From Eledone cirrhosa (lineage: Eukaryota): a stretch of DNA of 64,000 bases. How positions within the stretch are numbered: position 1 is the first letter of the stretch; every line of letters starts with the position of its first letter. Shown here piece by piece: positions 27,430-43,440 of this stretch. A model generated the notes under the pieces. It was not told where the DNA came from and did not search any database. It saw only the letters and a program-made list of their open reading frames with translations. The position numbers and the translations under genes were made by a program. The DNA is taken from assembly GCA_964016885.1 (NCBI GenBank), contig OZ024751.1:17422001-17486000 (forward strand). Reading direction: 5' to 3'.

Positions 27430-28611
27430 GCATACATACATATATAAATACATAGATATATATATATATATACATAAATACATACATATATATTAATTCA
27501 TCAGGATTTAACAAACATCATGTTCCATATCTATGTATAAAGTGAAGGTCTAGATTCTAGATTCAGCACCCTCAAAGAACAGTTCCTTGGTTTGAATATG
27601 AAAATTCTTTTGTATAAATGTTTGGGCAGATTGGAGAGACAGATATTCTTTGTATGCTAGCGGTCTTTTATTAATGGTGTCTTTTATAGTTCCTTTTCCT
27701 TTTGTATTTTATTATCATTAACTATCAGAGAGAAATGTATTTTAGACACTTAATTAGAAACTAAATATAGATTACAGAGATTCTCAATGGAAGACGAAAT
27801 GGATAGGACATGATGAAGGGTGAAAACGGGAATTACATGATATTCAGAATTGACCAGACTTAAATATGAATTAAATGTAAAAGAAACCACAAGAATGACT
27901 CAGATCACAAGCCTTAGTATTCTTCTCTTTGAGAGTGGATTATTGAGGATGATAATAATGAAAACTATTGCTATTCATTGTCGCAATTTCTCCGACTTAT
28001 AGTATTACTAAATGAATTCGTTCGATAATCTTCATATGATTGAATGCTTCCATTTAATATTACCATTAATATTCATTAACGTTAATATTTCCGAGGATAA
28101 AAGGGCTGTGGATTGGTAGAATTGTTGGAGCGTCCGATAAAACGTTATTGCACTATTTCTTTTTGGTTGAATAAATTCTGAGTTCGATTCCTGCTGAATT
28201 CAACGTTGTCTTTCATCGCTGTTGCGTTGTTAAAATAAAATACCAGTCAAGTACTGATGTTGATTGAACCAACTTTGCACTTCCTGCTAGATTTGCTGGC
28301 CTGTACTTAATTGTGAAGGCGTGTGACTTAGTGATTAGAGAGTTGGATTCGTAATCGTGAGGTTGGAGGTTCAATTCGCGGACTGCGTGATGCGTTGTCT
28401 TTGAGCAAGACAATTTATTGCACGTTATTCTTTCTGTCAGCGTTGATAGTATCAGCAAGGAAACATTGTTTCCTTGGTCCGATTTGACTAGGTCCACGCC
28501 ATTCGGCAAACGAATGATGTCTGCGATCTTGTCGATCGATCTTTTGCTTTTCCTCCACTTAAATAAAAAATCAGTATTTCTTGCATTAATCAGTTCTATC
28601 CCATCCATATT

Positions 28612-29322
28612 ATTTGGCAGTATCGGTAGAGGGTCGGACGCCATGCTTTCCAGCATAGTTACGTCCCTTTACGATCTGAGTTCAAATCCAACCGAGGTTA
28701 ACTTTGCCTTTCATCCTTACAGGTTCGATAAAATAAAGTACCACTAATGCACTGGGTGATTGCTGGCCTTGTGCCTAAAGTAGAAACAATTATTTGGCAG
28801 TATCGGTAGAAGGTCGGACGCCTTGCTTTGTAGCATAGAGTTACTCCCCTTTACGGTCTGAGTTCAAATCCCGCCGAGGTTAACGTTGCCTTTCATTCTT
28901 ACAGGGTTGATAAAATAAAATACCAGTAATACACTGGGGTAATTGTTGGCCTTGTGCCAAATGTAGAAATAATTAGTATAACTAGTTTTAGGGGGATGGA
29001 TGACAGCATAGTTAGATTATCGGAGGAAATGCTTTCCGGTACATATCTTTCAAAAGTCAGTACTAGTCAAATGCGGGAGCCTATTTGATAGAATAGCACC
29101 TCGCCCCTATATGGCTTATCCTTTGCTTACATTAGTAACCATTGGTAGTATCGGTGGAGGGTCTGATGCCACACCTTGCAGCATAGAGTTACGCCCTTTA
29201 CGGTCTGAGTTCAAATCCCGCCCAGTTTAACTATATTTTATTGATCGTATAAGGAGAAAGGCAAAGTACCCGCAATGCACTGGGGTAATTGCTGATCTTG
29301 TGCCAAATGTAGAAACAATTAT
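28612..29322 (+). mobile_element. Three SINE copies (head-to-tail pair 28612-28975, plus 29143-29322)
   Basis: Each begins TTGG(C/T)AGTATCGGT and ends GTAGAAA(C/T)AATTA. Confidence 0.85.
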
Positions 29323-32030
29323 TTATCTGCTTGAATTAGATGAATTGGAAGTATCATCAGTGCATCGAACAAAATTCTTTGCGACATTTTTTCCAGCTCT
29401 TTATGTTCTGAGTTGAAACCCTGCAGAGGTCAACTTTGCCTATCCAACTTCTAAGTTCAATAATATATAATTGAATTTCCCCTCTAATCAATATTGTTCG
29501 CCTTGTTCCTAAATTAGAATCCATAATATTGGAGGACTTGGCTTCAATATTGTGTATTTTCGCTCACAAGTGACTACCTGTGAGAAGAGGAACCTCTCCT
29601 TCCAACGCCAAATTACCCGCAACGAACAACACAAACATCAGCGACCACAGTAAATACAAAATCAGTTGCAGGAGAAAAGGTGGCACCAGCAGCTGCAACA
29701 GCGGAAACAAAAGCTGCATCATAAAGTGAGCCAAGGACACCAGATGCAAGACCAGCAATAGCAACAGCAACAGCAACAGCAACACTTATGGATGACATGC
29801 CCGTCCCGACTTGGTACAGTTGGATACAAATTGTAGCGAGGGAAACAATTGGCAAAAAAGGACGAAAAAGGAAAATACCTTCTGAATTCCCCCCACAAAA
29901 ATGGGGGCATAAAAAAGATAAAGTCATAATGCACACATCACCAATACAAACCTCCCACCAGCAGCAACAACAACATCATTATCACCAGCTAATAGATAGA
30001 AGAACATGAAGAAGCCTCGAAAAGCTGCTCAGGTAGTTCTAATTGTCTGACACATGGTGACTGGATTTCTCGAACGTGCCATTGTGAACATGATCAGAAC
30101 GCATAGGGCCATCCAAATCGTGTCTAATTAAGGTATTCTTTACGGGAGTAAATAAGACTAGCACAGGTTGTCCACAATTCAAAATATCCAACTTCATAGT
30201 ATACACATTTGTGATATATATAGTCGACTCAGATAGGCTTCATAGACGGGAACCCGGTTACTGGAAGCAGAGGGCGTCGTTCCCGGCATGAGAAAGAGAC
30301 ACTGAGATAAAATGACCTACAAATTGGTCTGATAGATTTCTTATTGATGGCGATGTGATTTGAATCTATATAGCGGTGAGGTTATTTGAATCCAAATAGC
30401 GGAGAGAGCCGAATCTAACCACGAAAATCATTCTATCCGAAGTTCTAAAGAATCTGCCAGTTCTCGACTCCATTTTCCATAATGTACCCAATATTGTTTT
30501 TCTTTCCATTTATAACCATAAAACAGATTTTTTTCATTTAGTTTGCTTCATACAACATTTTCTATATCTAATATTATTTAGGACTGCCATAGGAAAGTCA
30601 TGCCACCAATACACTTGGATAATTATATATATAACTTATTGAATTCATTCAAAATTTTGGTTAAATTTAACCAATGAAAATTTTACGTAAATGCCAACAG
30701 CTGCGGAAAAATGAAATCGTATTAATATATCAAGTAAAAATATATCGATTATTTTCTCTGCTTTGTGTAAATTTTGATTACTTATTTTTATCTGGACGCC
30801 ATATCTAAAATGAATCTTTTTTTTTTTTTAACGAAAGACATTTTAAAATGTTTTATTCATAATAAATATATTTAATTTTTTTTTTCTAGTAGCTTTATTT
30901 TAGTTTTAGTGTATGAAGTTTCTCTGATAAAAAATGACATTTTGTCAGTAATATGATAATCTGAATTAAAACAAATATAAAATATAGTTAATACGATGAA
31001 ACGTGCAAAACATACAACACAAGTGTGGCGTGGAACAAATTTGAACATTTATTGAATCGTGTCCGTCTGCTGTAATTCACTGATATTTGTTTTATTGAAC
31101 TGCGCAGCCTGGCAAGGTAGCTAAATGGTATTTAGCACCTGATTGTTTCGCTGGTGTTTGCTGACTTGCCAAACATAGTGTCATGGGTATTTTAGAATAT
31201 GACAGAGCCCATCATTCCCCATGTCGGAACATAGCCGAATTCTTCTAGAGAAAGAAGAAGTCTTCTAGAGAAAAAAGAAGTCTTCTAGAGAAAGAAGAAG
31301 AATCGGTCCTAATATTGGTCTGGCGTTTTATTTATCGACCACAGAAGGATGAAAGGCAAGTTAGACGGAGTACAGTGAGTCAACACAAATAACGAGGAAT
31401 TTTTAATCCGACACCTATTCACTGCTCTAATGTTAGGTTAGTAAATAATTTAAACTTTTGATCACAATACTTATTCGTATTTCAATGTAGTGAATGGTGT
31501 CATTAGGGTTCTAATGATGAGAATCCACGACAGTATTTAAGATGTATTCATAGTTTTCACAGCACTGGGCTATAATAAATAACAATATATGAATCCCCAC
31601 ACACATACACATGCGTGTTGGACAACGGAAGAATCGGATCGTGACTGAGTATTCCACAGACATGTGTACCCTACATTTAACGTAATTCTCAGGGAGATTA
31701 CCTTGACACTATGTGAAACAAGATGGTCCTGTTATTTACACGTACAACACAATTTTGCCAAATGAGTGTTCTGAAGCAAGGTGAAATAACCTATATATAT
31801 CTTATCACACCTTTACACCTTTACACATAAACTGACACGTACACACGCACATACATATATACATATGTTATTGCTTACATACATACACACACACTTATAT
31901 ACATATATATACACACACATACATATATATTCACACATATACATACACAAATATATACACACACACACACATATATACATATATATACATACACACATAT
32001 ACATATACACACGCACATATATATATATAT

Positions 32031-32061
<31 letters not shown>

Positions 32062-32210
32062 CACACACATATATATACACACACATATATATACATACAT
32101 ATATATACACATATACACACGTATATATATACATACACACACACACACATATATACACACACACACATACATATAAATACACATATATATATATATTTCA
32201 TTATACAAGC

Positions 32211-32249
<39 letters not shown>

Positions 32250-32275
32250 CATTAATATGATTATATCCTCTAAAT

Positions 32276-32351
<76 letters not shown>

Positions 32352-33864
32352 CTACCATTTCACTTTGCACTCAATGCCTTCAATCTGAAACATATTCTCT
32401 AGGGAGGCTTATAACTTTGAGGAAACAAGCAAAGATATTCAGATAAGAAGCTTAAAGTTCTTTCGCTAGTAGCTTCTATGTTTGTTTGTCTTTTTGCTTG
32501 TTACTCTTTTCCTCCATTTGTGTGAATGTTTTCAGAGGCAATAAATTGTGTTATGTATAAGGAAAAAGAAGCTATAATGACTTAATTGAGTTAATACTGA
32601 TAGAATCATATTTAAAGACAAATCTAAAATACTTGCTCTACACGATCAGTGGATTATCTGGATGATCTCATTTGCCCAACTAATGCCAAAACATTAAAAG
32701 TTAATTGAAACATTTTAAAGCAAGATAAAATGGCTGATAAAGAATTTTATGTCAGTGATGTATAGTTATAGGCAACAAACTGGCAGAGTTGTCAAAACGA
32801 CCAACAAAATGCTTTGCAAGCGTTCGTTCCATTTATCTGTGCTCCGATTTCAAGTCAGCTTTGTCTTTCATTCCTTTGTAGGAGACAAATAAACGACCTG
32901 TCCAATACTATAGGTTCTCCCTATCTATCTCTTTCTCCGACTCTACCCTCTCTCTAGCTATCTCTTTCTCCCTCTCTACCCTCTTTCTATCTATCTATTT
33001 CTCCCCCTTTACCCTCTCACTATATCTATCTCTTTCTCTCCTTCTCTCCCTCTCTACCCTCTCTCTATCTATCTTTTTCGTCCTCTCTCTTTCTTTCTCC
33101 TCTCTCTTTCCCTATTTCTCTCTTTCTGTCTCTACCCTCTATTTATCTCTGTCACCCTACTATCTCTCTTTCTCTCTTTTCCTCTCTCTACCCTCTCTCT
33201 TGCCCTCTCTTTCTGTCCCTTCTCTCTCTTTCTCGCTCTCTGTCTCTCTACGCCCTCTCACTTTTCCCCCTCTCTCTCTCTCTCTCAAATCTCTCTCTCT
33301 CTCTGTCTCTAACCCCCCTGTCTCTCTCTCTAACCCCCCTTTCTCTCTCTACGCCCTCTCTCACTGTTCCCGCTCTCTCTCTCCTCTACTCTCTTTTCTG
33401 TGCAAGAAATCGGCTTTCTTTACAATCGGAAAGGAATATTCTGCAGCAGCTTTAAATGCGCAAAGATCCTCACCCTGAATGTATCAAAAGGTCAAGGTCA
33501 ATTGAATCCAAAAGAGCCTCTTTCCGAATGTGTCAAGAGGTCAAGGTGAATTGAATCAAGTTAGGAAATATAGTTAAAGAACAACTATTATCTCTTTGTG
33601 TTTCCACAAGATATATAAAGATATTTAACATGATGCCATACAGTAAAACACCTATGTATCATAATCACCTATGGGGCCGTTAAAAAGTATGTTTTCTTCT
33701 ACGGTAAAACACAGCCATACATTATATATGTATAATAACATTTTTGCTTTGATAATATCATTTTGCCAAGAAACAGATGGGATATAAATATTACATGTAA
33801 GACGTTCGTATGGTTCCCGCGTAGAGGCCAGCTTATACGAGTGAAAAAAATCTCTCACTCTCCC

Positions 33865-33930
<66 letters not shown>

Positions 33931-33936
33931 GATATG

Positions 33937-33994
<58 letters not shown>

Positions 33995-34243
33995 TGTATA
34001 TATATATATATATACATGAATATATATATACATATGAATCTGTATATATATATAAATGTATATGACTTATGAATGTATATATACATATGAATGTATATAT
34101 TCTTATGAATATTTACATATATATATATATACATACATAGGCATACATACACAAATATACATATATATGTGTGCGTGTTTATAAAAGAGAGGAAATATAT
34201 ATATGTATATATATATTTATTGTATATATATATATATATTTGT

Positions 34244-34293
<50 letters not shown>

Positions 34294-34698
34294 GGGGGTG
34301 GGTGTATACAGAGGGAGTGATGAAGAGGAATAGATAGATATATAGAGAGTAAGATTCATAGACGGATAGGGATATGTACTATTTGCATGCAATAATCCAT
34401 AAAGAGAATAACTACAAATAATATGTGGCGTTAACGCTATATTCAATACGTTTCCTAAATATTATCAAATATTGTTAGACCATATTTTTTCTTTTCGTGC
34501 AGGGAAACAGTGCAATGTCTTTCACACACTTAAATGCATTAATGGATCTGAAAAAATATATTCTATATATTATAAGATCGCAAATATATGATTGATGCCA
34601 TTGGTAGTTCCTAGAAGATTAAAACGCCTCGTCATATAGAGATTGTCACATTTTTAACTTCCTTGCATCTTGAAGGAAAGTTAATAAGTTGATGTGAT

Positions 34699-34955
<257 letters not shown>

Positions 34956-34975
34956 ATATATATATATATATATAT

Positions 34976-35395
34976 ACAATATTAAATAAATGGAAAACTA
35001 TATTTATAAAACCATATTTATTTCATTATATATATTTCGGGGATATCATATTAACAATATGCTATGCCTTCATCAGACAAAATACAATATAAACAGTTTT
35101 ATAGATAAATATAAACAGTTTTATAGAGTGAACCTCTTCAAATGAAGTTGATGTTTATTACGGTATGTCGAATATATTTATCTATAAAACTGTTTATATT
35201 GTATTTTGTCTGATGAAGGCATAGCATATTGTTAATATGATATCCCCGAAATATATATAATGAAATAAATATGGTTTTATAAATATAGTTTTCCATTTAT
35301 TTAATATTGTAAATATACTCCAAGTATTTGTCGAGTGCTTTTATATCAGTTATAAATATTTACTAGTTGTAACCCAACAATTTTAAATATAACTT

Positions 35396-35398
<3 letters not shown>
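34976..35398 (+). mobile_element. Family C element with 5' inversion and a hammerhead on each strand
   Basis: 34976-35108 is the reverse complement of 35177-35310. The 3' end carries GTCGAGTGCT and then (TA)n. Confidence 0.85.
35202..35267 (+). ncRNA. Type I hammerhead ribozyme (family C); mirrored at 35019-35084 (-)
   Basis: TATTTTGT-CTGATGA-AGGCATAGCATATT-gtt-AATATGATATCCCC-GAAA-TATATA-TA-ATGAAATA. Confidence 0.8.
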
Positions 35399-35430
<32 letters not shown>

Positions 35431-35444
35431 ATATTTATATATAT

Positions 35445-35652
35445 TAAGAAAAAAAGATGAAATCGAAAATGCAACTGGACTCTTATTTAAAAAAAATATA
35501 TATATATTTACCGGTAAAGGAACCAAATAAATATATATATATTTTTTTTTAAATAAGACTCCAGTTGCATTTTCGATTTCATCTTTTTTTCTTTATACTT
35601 TCACTCGTGTAGGACACCTCGGTTATTTTTCATTTTGTAAAAAGAACCTCAC

Positions 35653-35660
<8 letters not shown>
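35445..35660 (+). mobile_element. Family E fold-back element (fragments also at about 16431-16520, 19010-19075, 23705-23735)
   Basis: GAAATCGAAAATGCAACTGG...CCAGTTGCATTTTCGATTTC hairpin. Shared 3' end TATACTTTCACTCGTGTAGGACA. Confidence 0.7.
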
Positions 35661-35721
<61 letters not shown>

Positions 35722-35726
<5 letters not shown>

Positions 35727-36033
35727 AATTAAGTTAAAAATGTACATCCACATATGTATACTGAAATACTATTATGCATATGAATACACACACGTATACA
35801 TATGTAGATGTACCGATTTTTTCACTGGTCACTTTACTGTGAGTGTCCAGCTATTCGACCAGTGAAAAACTCGGTACATCTACATATGTATACGTGTGTG
35901 TATTCATATGCATACTAGTATTTCAGTATACATATGTGGATGTACATTTTTAACTTAATTGTTTAAGCGTCAGTCATACAAAAGTGAGTTACAAACGAAA
36001 CGAAATTTAATTTCGTTTCGTTATTTGTTTTTA
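35722..36033 (+). mobile_element. Family F 3' fragment with 5' inversion
   Basis: 35722-35830 is the reverse complement of 35857-35965. Matches 59683-59885 in reverse. Confidence 0.85.
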
Positions 36034-36056
36034 TATATATATATATATATATATAT

Positions 36057-36251
36057 AAGCAAATAATCGCTGCTTTCACCCTTAACGGGATCTTCTGAAG
36101 ATCCCGTTAAGGGTGAAAGTAGCGATTCTTTATTTAAACTTTAATCTATTATTTTAATAAATATTTTCTCTACGGTTCTTATATATCTGATATATATTTA
36201 TCCTTATCGAGCCCTCTTTGGATTTTAGTCTTCAAATTTATTATTATTACT
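36057..36251 (+). mobile_element. Family D copy; inversion centred on the ribozyme-like core
   Basis: TTTCACCCTTAACGGGATCTTC-T-GAAGATCCCGTTAAGGGTGAAA palindrome, followed by the family D 3' end (TATCGAGCCCTC). Confidence 0.8.
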
Positions 36252-36263
36252 ATATATATATAT

Positions 36264-36322
<59 letters not shown>

Positions 36323-36436
36323 GATAAATCTACCAAGAGTTTACGGTAGTGTCCAATCCGTATGAAGAACTCAATGTAATAACTTTTTTTGTTTAATATA
36401 AGGAACTGTTTCATTGTTTTATTCATTATTTTTTTA

Positions 36437-36490
<54 letters not shown>

Positions 36491-36493
<3 letters not shown>

Positions 36494-37092
36494 CAAATAG
36501 TTTACATGTCTGATTACTATAAATGTAATCTGATGTTTTCGATTATTAATAATAATGTTCGATTCGTTTGCAATTATGCAAACAGCCTCTTTAAAGCCAT
36601 GTCATTAGAATGTCACCAGCATTCTTATTCTTGTGTTGGCATTTACATATACATATTTGTGTTAGAATGTTTAACAATGGGTAAAGCCGGTGTTTGGGGT
36701 TGGTAGATGATGGTGCAACAAATAAATTAAAGAACTCAACGTTGTACAAATCATGCATCGTAGATGTGGTATCCAGTGGTTGGTGCAGAAATGGGGTAAA
36801 GCATTCATTAAAACAACAACAGAAGGCCGGACTGGAAAATTTACTTTAGAATTGTAATTCCGCCAAAACATTATACATATTTCGATGGTCGATCTTTGCC
36901 ATCCAATTGTGATGCAAGATTGGGCGATTTCATCAGGTGTTATTTGCAGAATTATATAACAGGTTTACGTTGAACCCAAACATAGAATAGAAGATAGATA
37001 ATTCGATTCGGAGACAGTCTTCTAATTTGGTGTTATATCGACAGGACATGGAATTAACATTCTAAAGTAAATTTTCCAGTCCGGCCTTCTGT

Positions 37093-37093
<1 letters not shown>
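36491..37093 (-). mobile_element. Family N element with hammerhead (36867-36941, -) and 5' inversion
   Basis: Minus strand: AACAC-CTGATGA-...-GAAA-TATGTA-TA-ATGTT. 35-bp inverted repeat 36818-36852 / 37059-37093. The 3' part is homologous to 17630-18001. Confidence 0.7.
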
Positions 37094-37123
<30 letters not shown>

Positions 37124-37591
37124 ATATATATATATATGTGTGTGGGTGTGCACTGTAATTACACATGCACCCATACATACTGACACACACATATATTTAT
37201 ACATTTATATATATATATATAGAAAGACAGAGAGAGAGGGGGGAGAGAGAAAGAGATAGAGAAAGAGAGAGAGAGAGAAAGGGGGAGAGTAAGAGAAATA
37301 TGGATTTATCATTTGGGAGGATCATGCTGCAAATAAAAACACACGCTCCGCTTGAGTTTCACTTCAATTTACTATTATTGACCAAGTAAGTATATTTTAC
37401 GTCGATTAGTTTAATATATATAAGCGTGTATAAGCGTGTATAAGCGTGTATATATATATATCTATCTCTCTCTATATCTATATATAAATGTAACTATGTA
37501 TGTCTGTGTATATGCATATATATATATACATATAGATATATACATATATATATATATATATACATATAGATATATATACATATATATATAC

Positions 37592-37632
<41 letters not shown>

Positions 37633-37730
37633 CATATATATATTTACATTTATATACACATATACATATATGCATATATATATATATATACATAAATGTA
37701 CGTAACTATCTATGTATGCGTATATATATG

Positions 37731-37848
<118 letters not shown>

Positions 37849-38033
37849 TTTAAATTCTATTTCCGAATTTCCCTGCATCAGAAGTTTATTGAGCTGACAG
37901 TAACCATTACCTGTAATGTTGATTTCTATTCTAAATCCAAAGTGAATGGATTCGTCGTTTGGTTCAAGGGTTTATTTTATTGTATCCATGTAGACCAGGA
38001 ATAACTTATGGAGATTAAATATGAGAAACATGA

Positions 38034-38082
<49 letters not shown>

Positions 38083-38086
<4 letters not shown>

Positions 38087-38491
38087 AGGTGAGTTTTATT
38101 GTAGCACAATAAAGCAATGCAGATATCGGATAAGGAGCACTCTACAGTTTGTAGGACTGGAGTATACATAATATAAGATCAAAAGATGGTTAAAGGAGTT
38201 CCATGTATTTTATTATGCGCATTTCAAAAACAAACATCATCATGCAATAATATTTGTGTTTTCATCAGATAAAACAGGAGAACATGATATGAAGGCTAAA
38301 AAACACTTGTGGATAGTGCAGTATCCACAAGTGTTTTTTAGTGCACTATCCACAAGTGTTGTTTAGCCTTCATATCATGTTCTCCTGTTTTATCTGATGA
38401 AAACACAAATATTATTGCATGATGATGTTTGTTTTTGAAATGCGCATAATAAAATACATGGAACTCCTTTAACCATCTTTTGATCTTATAT

Positions 38492-38493
<2 letters not shown>
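38083..38493 (-). mobile_element. Family A copy 3 with inversion (hammerheads at 38208-38274 on - and 38388-38454 on +)
   Basis: Minus copy 38083-38322, then a short duplicated linker TATCCACAAGTGTTTTTTAG, then plus copy 38342-38493. Confidence 0.88.
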
Positions 38494-38577
<84 letters not shown>

Positions 38578-38643
38578 TTAGAAACACACAGATACATGCG
38601 GACACACACATATATACATGAATGCATCCGCACCCAACTGTGA

Positions 38644-38728
<85 letters not shown>

Positions 38729-38951
38729 TATATTTATATATATATATATACATATATGTATATATATATACATATATGTAATAATAATAAATTTGAAGAC
38801 TAAAATCCAAAGAGGGCTCGATAAGGATAAATATATATCAAATATATAAGAACCGTAGAGCAAAAATATACATATATGTATATATATACATACATATATA
38901 CAAATATACATATATATATATATACATATACATATGTATATATATATACAA

Positions 38952-38994
<43 letters not shown>

Positions 38995-39779
38995 TACACA
39001 CACACACACATATATACTTTGTCTGATTTACTCGTTTTATTTACAATCCTTTAAAATTTATAATGGTATTAGAATGAAATAGTATGGTACAATATTAAAT
39101 GTTAAGGGTTAATTGAACAAGTACTTTCATGCTTTCGCAATCTTCAGTTTCATAATGTGTGGTGACAGTCGAGTTTGCAATTTTCAACTGTCTTCTATAC
39201 ACAATCATACACACCCGTGTATATTTATCTATCTATATATATACATATATATGTGTATACAAATACACACACATACACATATATATGTATATGTGTGTTT
39301 GTATGTATACATATACATATATATATATATAAATGTATGTGTGTGTTTGTGTATATATATATGTCTGTGTATATATATATATATATGTATGTATATGTAT
39401 CTGTATTTATATATCTTTGTAAACCATTATATGTTTGTATATCATTATGCTCTCGGTGGAAATTGGGAAAATCCGAGGACAAATCATGAAAAGTTATCTC
39501 TTTCCACTTCCTCCGGAATAGATCATTGCAAAATCATACAGCTTATGGAATGTTACTCTCTGTCTCCAGTATATATATATATGTATATATATATGTGTGT
39601 GGGGTGGTGTGGTGGGTGTGTTAGGTAATTCCGAAGAAGAAGCAAAGGAAAAAGAGTGTTCTATGTATATAACAGAGCTCTTTAATTAGAAAGTAAACAA
39701 CACAGTATATAACTACTCCATTGCCAAAGGTTTCTGGGTTCTGGACAATATTAGCATACGTCTAGATCGAGTTTAGTAA

Positions 39780-40830
39780 TAGGTGGCCATAAAGTTGATG
39801 ATTTTGGGTAAGGTCAAAGTTCATGGGCACGAATAACCTTTGATATCAAAGGTAAATTTGTAGGAAGACCCTTGATCAAACGGCAATGATTCCGCCTATG
39901 ATTATTGTGCTGTTCTTGATAACTTTCAGTGTTCAGCCCAATGCCTCTATATCAAGCCTATGTCCCTATGTGCATTTATCCCCAAAAATTGCCACACATC
40001 TTTGCAATACTTCGGCAACTTCTCAGTTCTTTATATGACACACGGACATTTCATTCAAACTGAGACCCAAGTACCAATTGAAAGCAAAATGAGCTGTCCA
40101 ACCACCATGTAAAATTATAGCGGCAATATCAAATGATGCAAACGCTAAAGCTATTTTTTTTTTTTTTTTTTTTTTTGTCTGGTCGAATATTAGACAGCAA
40201 CGGGTTTATGAAGATGGTTTTATCAATTCCTCCCGGAGCATCGTTGAAAATATCCACCATCCTGTTGTTGCCTATAATGTTATACATTGCAATTAGCTCA
40301 TCTAGTAGTTTTAGCTCATTTTCGTTAATATAGGACATGAAGTGTTTCTCGCACAGTTTCACTCCTTAGGCCATAAAGATTAGTTCTATAATTGCAAGGA
40401 AGGCTTAATAGAGGTATAGAGGTAGAGCAGGTCCATTTATTTCCGCCAGTTTGTCTTCAATCTCGATCAAAGCTGTGTTATAATGTTCGTCTGCGTTAAA
40501 ATGTTACTGCTCAACTGCGCTTAGTGTTTTATGTCATCGGACATGTTGAGTTTATATTTTAGCCAAAACGCCGATGGATTGGCTGTGTCACATTTTTTTA
40601 AATATAATTGCAAAAAAATTTCGAATACTTTTCGAAGTCTGTAATAGAGACGCTGTTGTAAGTATTGCATCCCACTGATTGTCGTTTTCAAACAGACATC
40701 TCCGCATATAGTCCTCTTGATGGAGTGTTACAAACAGCACCATTCACTTTAAGCAGTTCATCAAATCCTTAAGGGCCTCTAGCTTCATTAAGCAGCACCC
40801 TCAAATGGAAACAATATGGTGATTTGGGCA
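39780..40830 (-). pseudogene. Helitron RepHel (PIF1-like helicase) remnant
   Basis: Minus-strand translations give CFHLRVLLNEARGP*GFDELLKVNG, FNDAPGGIDKTIFINPLL (degenerate Walker A) and IAAIILHGGWTAH, interrupted by stops and frameshifts. Confidence 0.8.
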
Positions 40831-41658
40831 TGTCAGGGCTCATTATAATTGTTGTTGGTCTATGAAAGTTTAGTCAATGAAGGAATACAAACTTGGAAAC
40901 AATCGTGTGTACGATAATTTCTCATTGTTAATAAATGTATTTAAATGTCAATTGCTGACATTCTCTCTCTCATATATATATATATAGACATCGATATATA
41001 TATATAGACATCGATATATATTTATATATAAATCGATATATATTTATATATACATCGATATATATTTATATCGATCTCCCTCACAATATCTGTCCTTCTT
41101 TCTTGACCAATCAATAACTACATTGCCAATTTTAATGTTTCGATATATATATATAACCAAACTTCACTTCAGAAAACTTTAACAATGGGAACTTAGAAGA
41201 CAATAGCTTGTTTAATAATGGAAAACGATATCTATGCTTATTTGCGCTTTCATGTACGATACATTGAACACAATCACAGGGATATTGTCCGAACGTGGTA
41301 GAGCCTAACTCCCACTGTCATCACTTCCATCTCTCTCGCCCTCCCCATCTCTCTGTATGATGAGCAAGTGGGGTCCCACGAGCTGGCCTCCTCCACATCC
41401 CCGGCGTACAGACTGGAGGAGGCGTTTCTCCGGAGGAGTATGGCTATATTATAAATTATCGGTGCCGGCGGCGGCTGAGCTCTTGCCGTTTCAACAGACT
41501 GTTAGCCAAAATGGCACACGGTCAGCTGGACATTCCATCAGGAGCGAGGCATTTCCATGTAGGCGTATAAGCTGTACATACAAGGGTAAAACTCCTTTGT
41601 GGGATGTTAAAGATCAGTTTTAGAATGAATTGATGTGTATATATAAACAATTATATAC

Positions 41659-41702
<44 letters not shown>

Positions 41703-42659
41703 CTGTGCAAGTGTGCTTATGTGTGTGTGTTTATGTGTGCATCCTATGTATTGTATATGTGTCATTAATTATGTGGGTACACCATGCTTTGCAGCATAGA
41801 ATTGCCGCCCTTTACGATCTGAGTTCAAATCCCACCGAAGTTAACTTGCCTTTCATCCTTACGGGGTCGATGAAATAAAGTACCAGTAATACACTGGGGT
41901 AATTGCTGGATGAGAATAATTGTTATGAGGAGTTTGATTGTATTTATATCATATTTATGGATGTGTCTGCACGTACATTTACATACATATATATTGAGTC
42001 AAGTATGAAATTTGTAGAAAAAATACAAAGTTTCAAATACCTCACTACAAATTTCAAAGTTGATGACACAATATATGAGTATGTGTATGTGGAGTAAGTG
42101 AGTGGAGTGAGTGAGTGAGTGAGTGGAGTGAGTCTGTCTGTGTGTGTATGTGTTTGTGTATGTGTGTGTGTTTATGTATGTATATATGTGCGAACGTGTG
42201 TGGTGGTTCATAGAAAAATATTCTGCTATAGTTGGCAGAGTTATTAGTGAGACAGATTAAATGATACGTTTTATTTCCTTTCTGTGTTCAGTGTTCAAAA
42301 ACTACCGCTATTTCTTTGTTTGTATTGTATGTGTTTGTGTTTGTCATAGAACTTTTCATGGTCGATAAAGATTAACTATTTAGAATTATGAATTTGTGTT
42401 AACATTTCGCTGGGCAGCGGGATATCTTGTAGCCTGAATTCTGGTGCTATCACACCTGAAATGTTGATATGATATAACCTGGTTCCTTATCATTAAAATA
42501 TGTGAGTAACCCCCATCAAACGCTGCTCAGCTGGAGGCTCGCTAAACGTATCGCAAATGTGAGACTTAATAATATAAACAACAGTTACATGACCACATAC
42601 ATGATGATGGTTGCCCCCTCGCTAGCGAGTATAGCACTTGCACGATATGCCATTATTAA

Positions 42660-42755
<96 letters not shown>

Positions 42756-42996
42756 TATATATATATATATATATTATATATATATATATTATATACATAA
42801 TATATTTATATATATTATATATATATATATTATATACATAATATATTTATATATATTATATATATATATATATATTATATATATATATTATATATTATAA
42901 ATATGTATAATGAAATAAATATGGTTTTATAAATATAGTTTCCATTTGTTTAATATCGTATATAATATATATATATATTTATTATATATATATAAT

Positions 42997-43061
<65 letters not shown>

Positions 43062-43079
43062 TATATATATAATATATAT

Positions 43080-43126
<47 letters not shown>

Positions 43127-43190
43127 TATATAATATATATATATATATTATATATATATTATATATATAATAAATATATATATATATTAT

Positions 43191-43440
43191 ATACGATATT
43201 AAACAAATGGAAACTATATTTATAAAACCATATTTATTTTATTATACATATTTCAGGGATACCATATTAAAAATATGGCATGCCTTCTTCAGCTAAAATA
43301 TAATATATAAGCAGTTTTATAAATAAATTTGACGTACCATAGAATATTGATCAACTTCCATTTAAAAAAGTTGGTTTGGTAGTGAGATGTTTGTAAATAT
43401 TTAGTGTTATGTACAGTTAGAAAAGAAAGACGGAGAGAAG
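43191..43440 (-). mobile_element. Family C copy with hammerhead at about 43235-43300 (-); inverted partner at 42899-42962
   Basis: Minus strand: TATTTTAG-CTGAAGA-AGGCATGCCATATT..AATATGGTATCCCT-GAAA-TATGTA-TA-ATAAAATA. Confidence 0.75.

Noticed and set aside
34976-35398. Fold-back islands as MITEs with TIRs
   Set aside because: The inversions are asymmetric, cover only one end, vary in breakpoint between copies, and the 3' end extends beyond the inverted arm.
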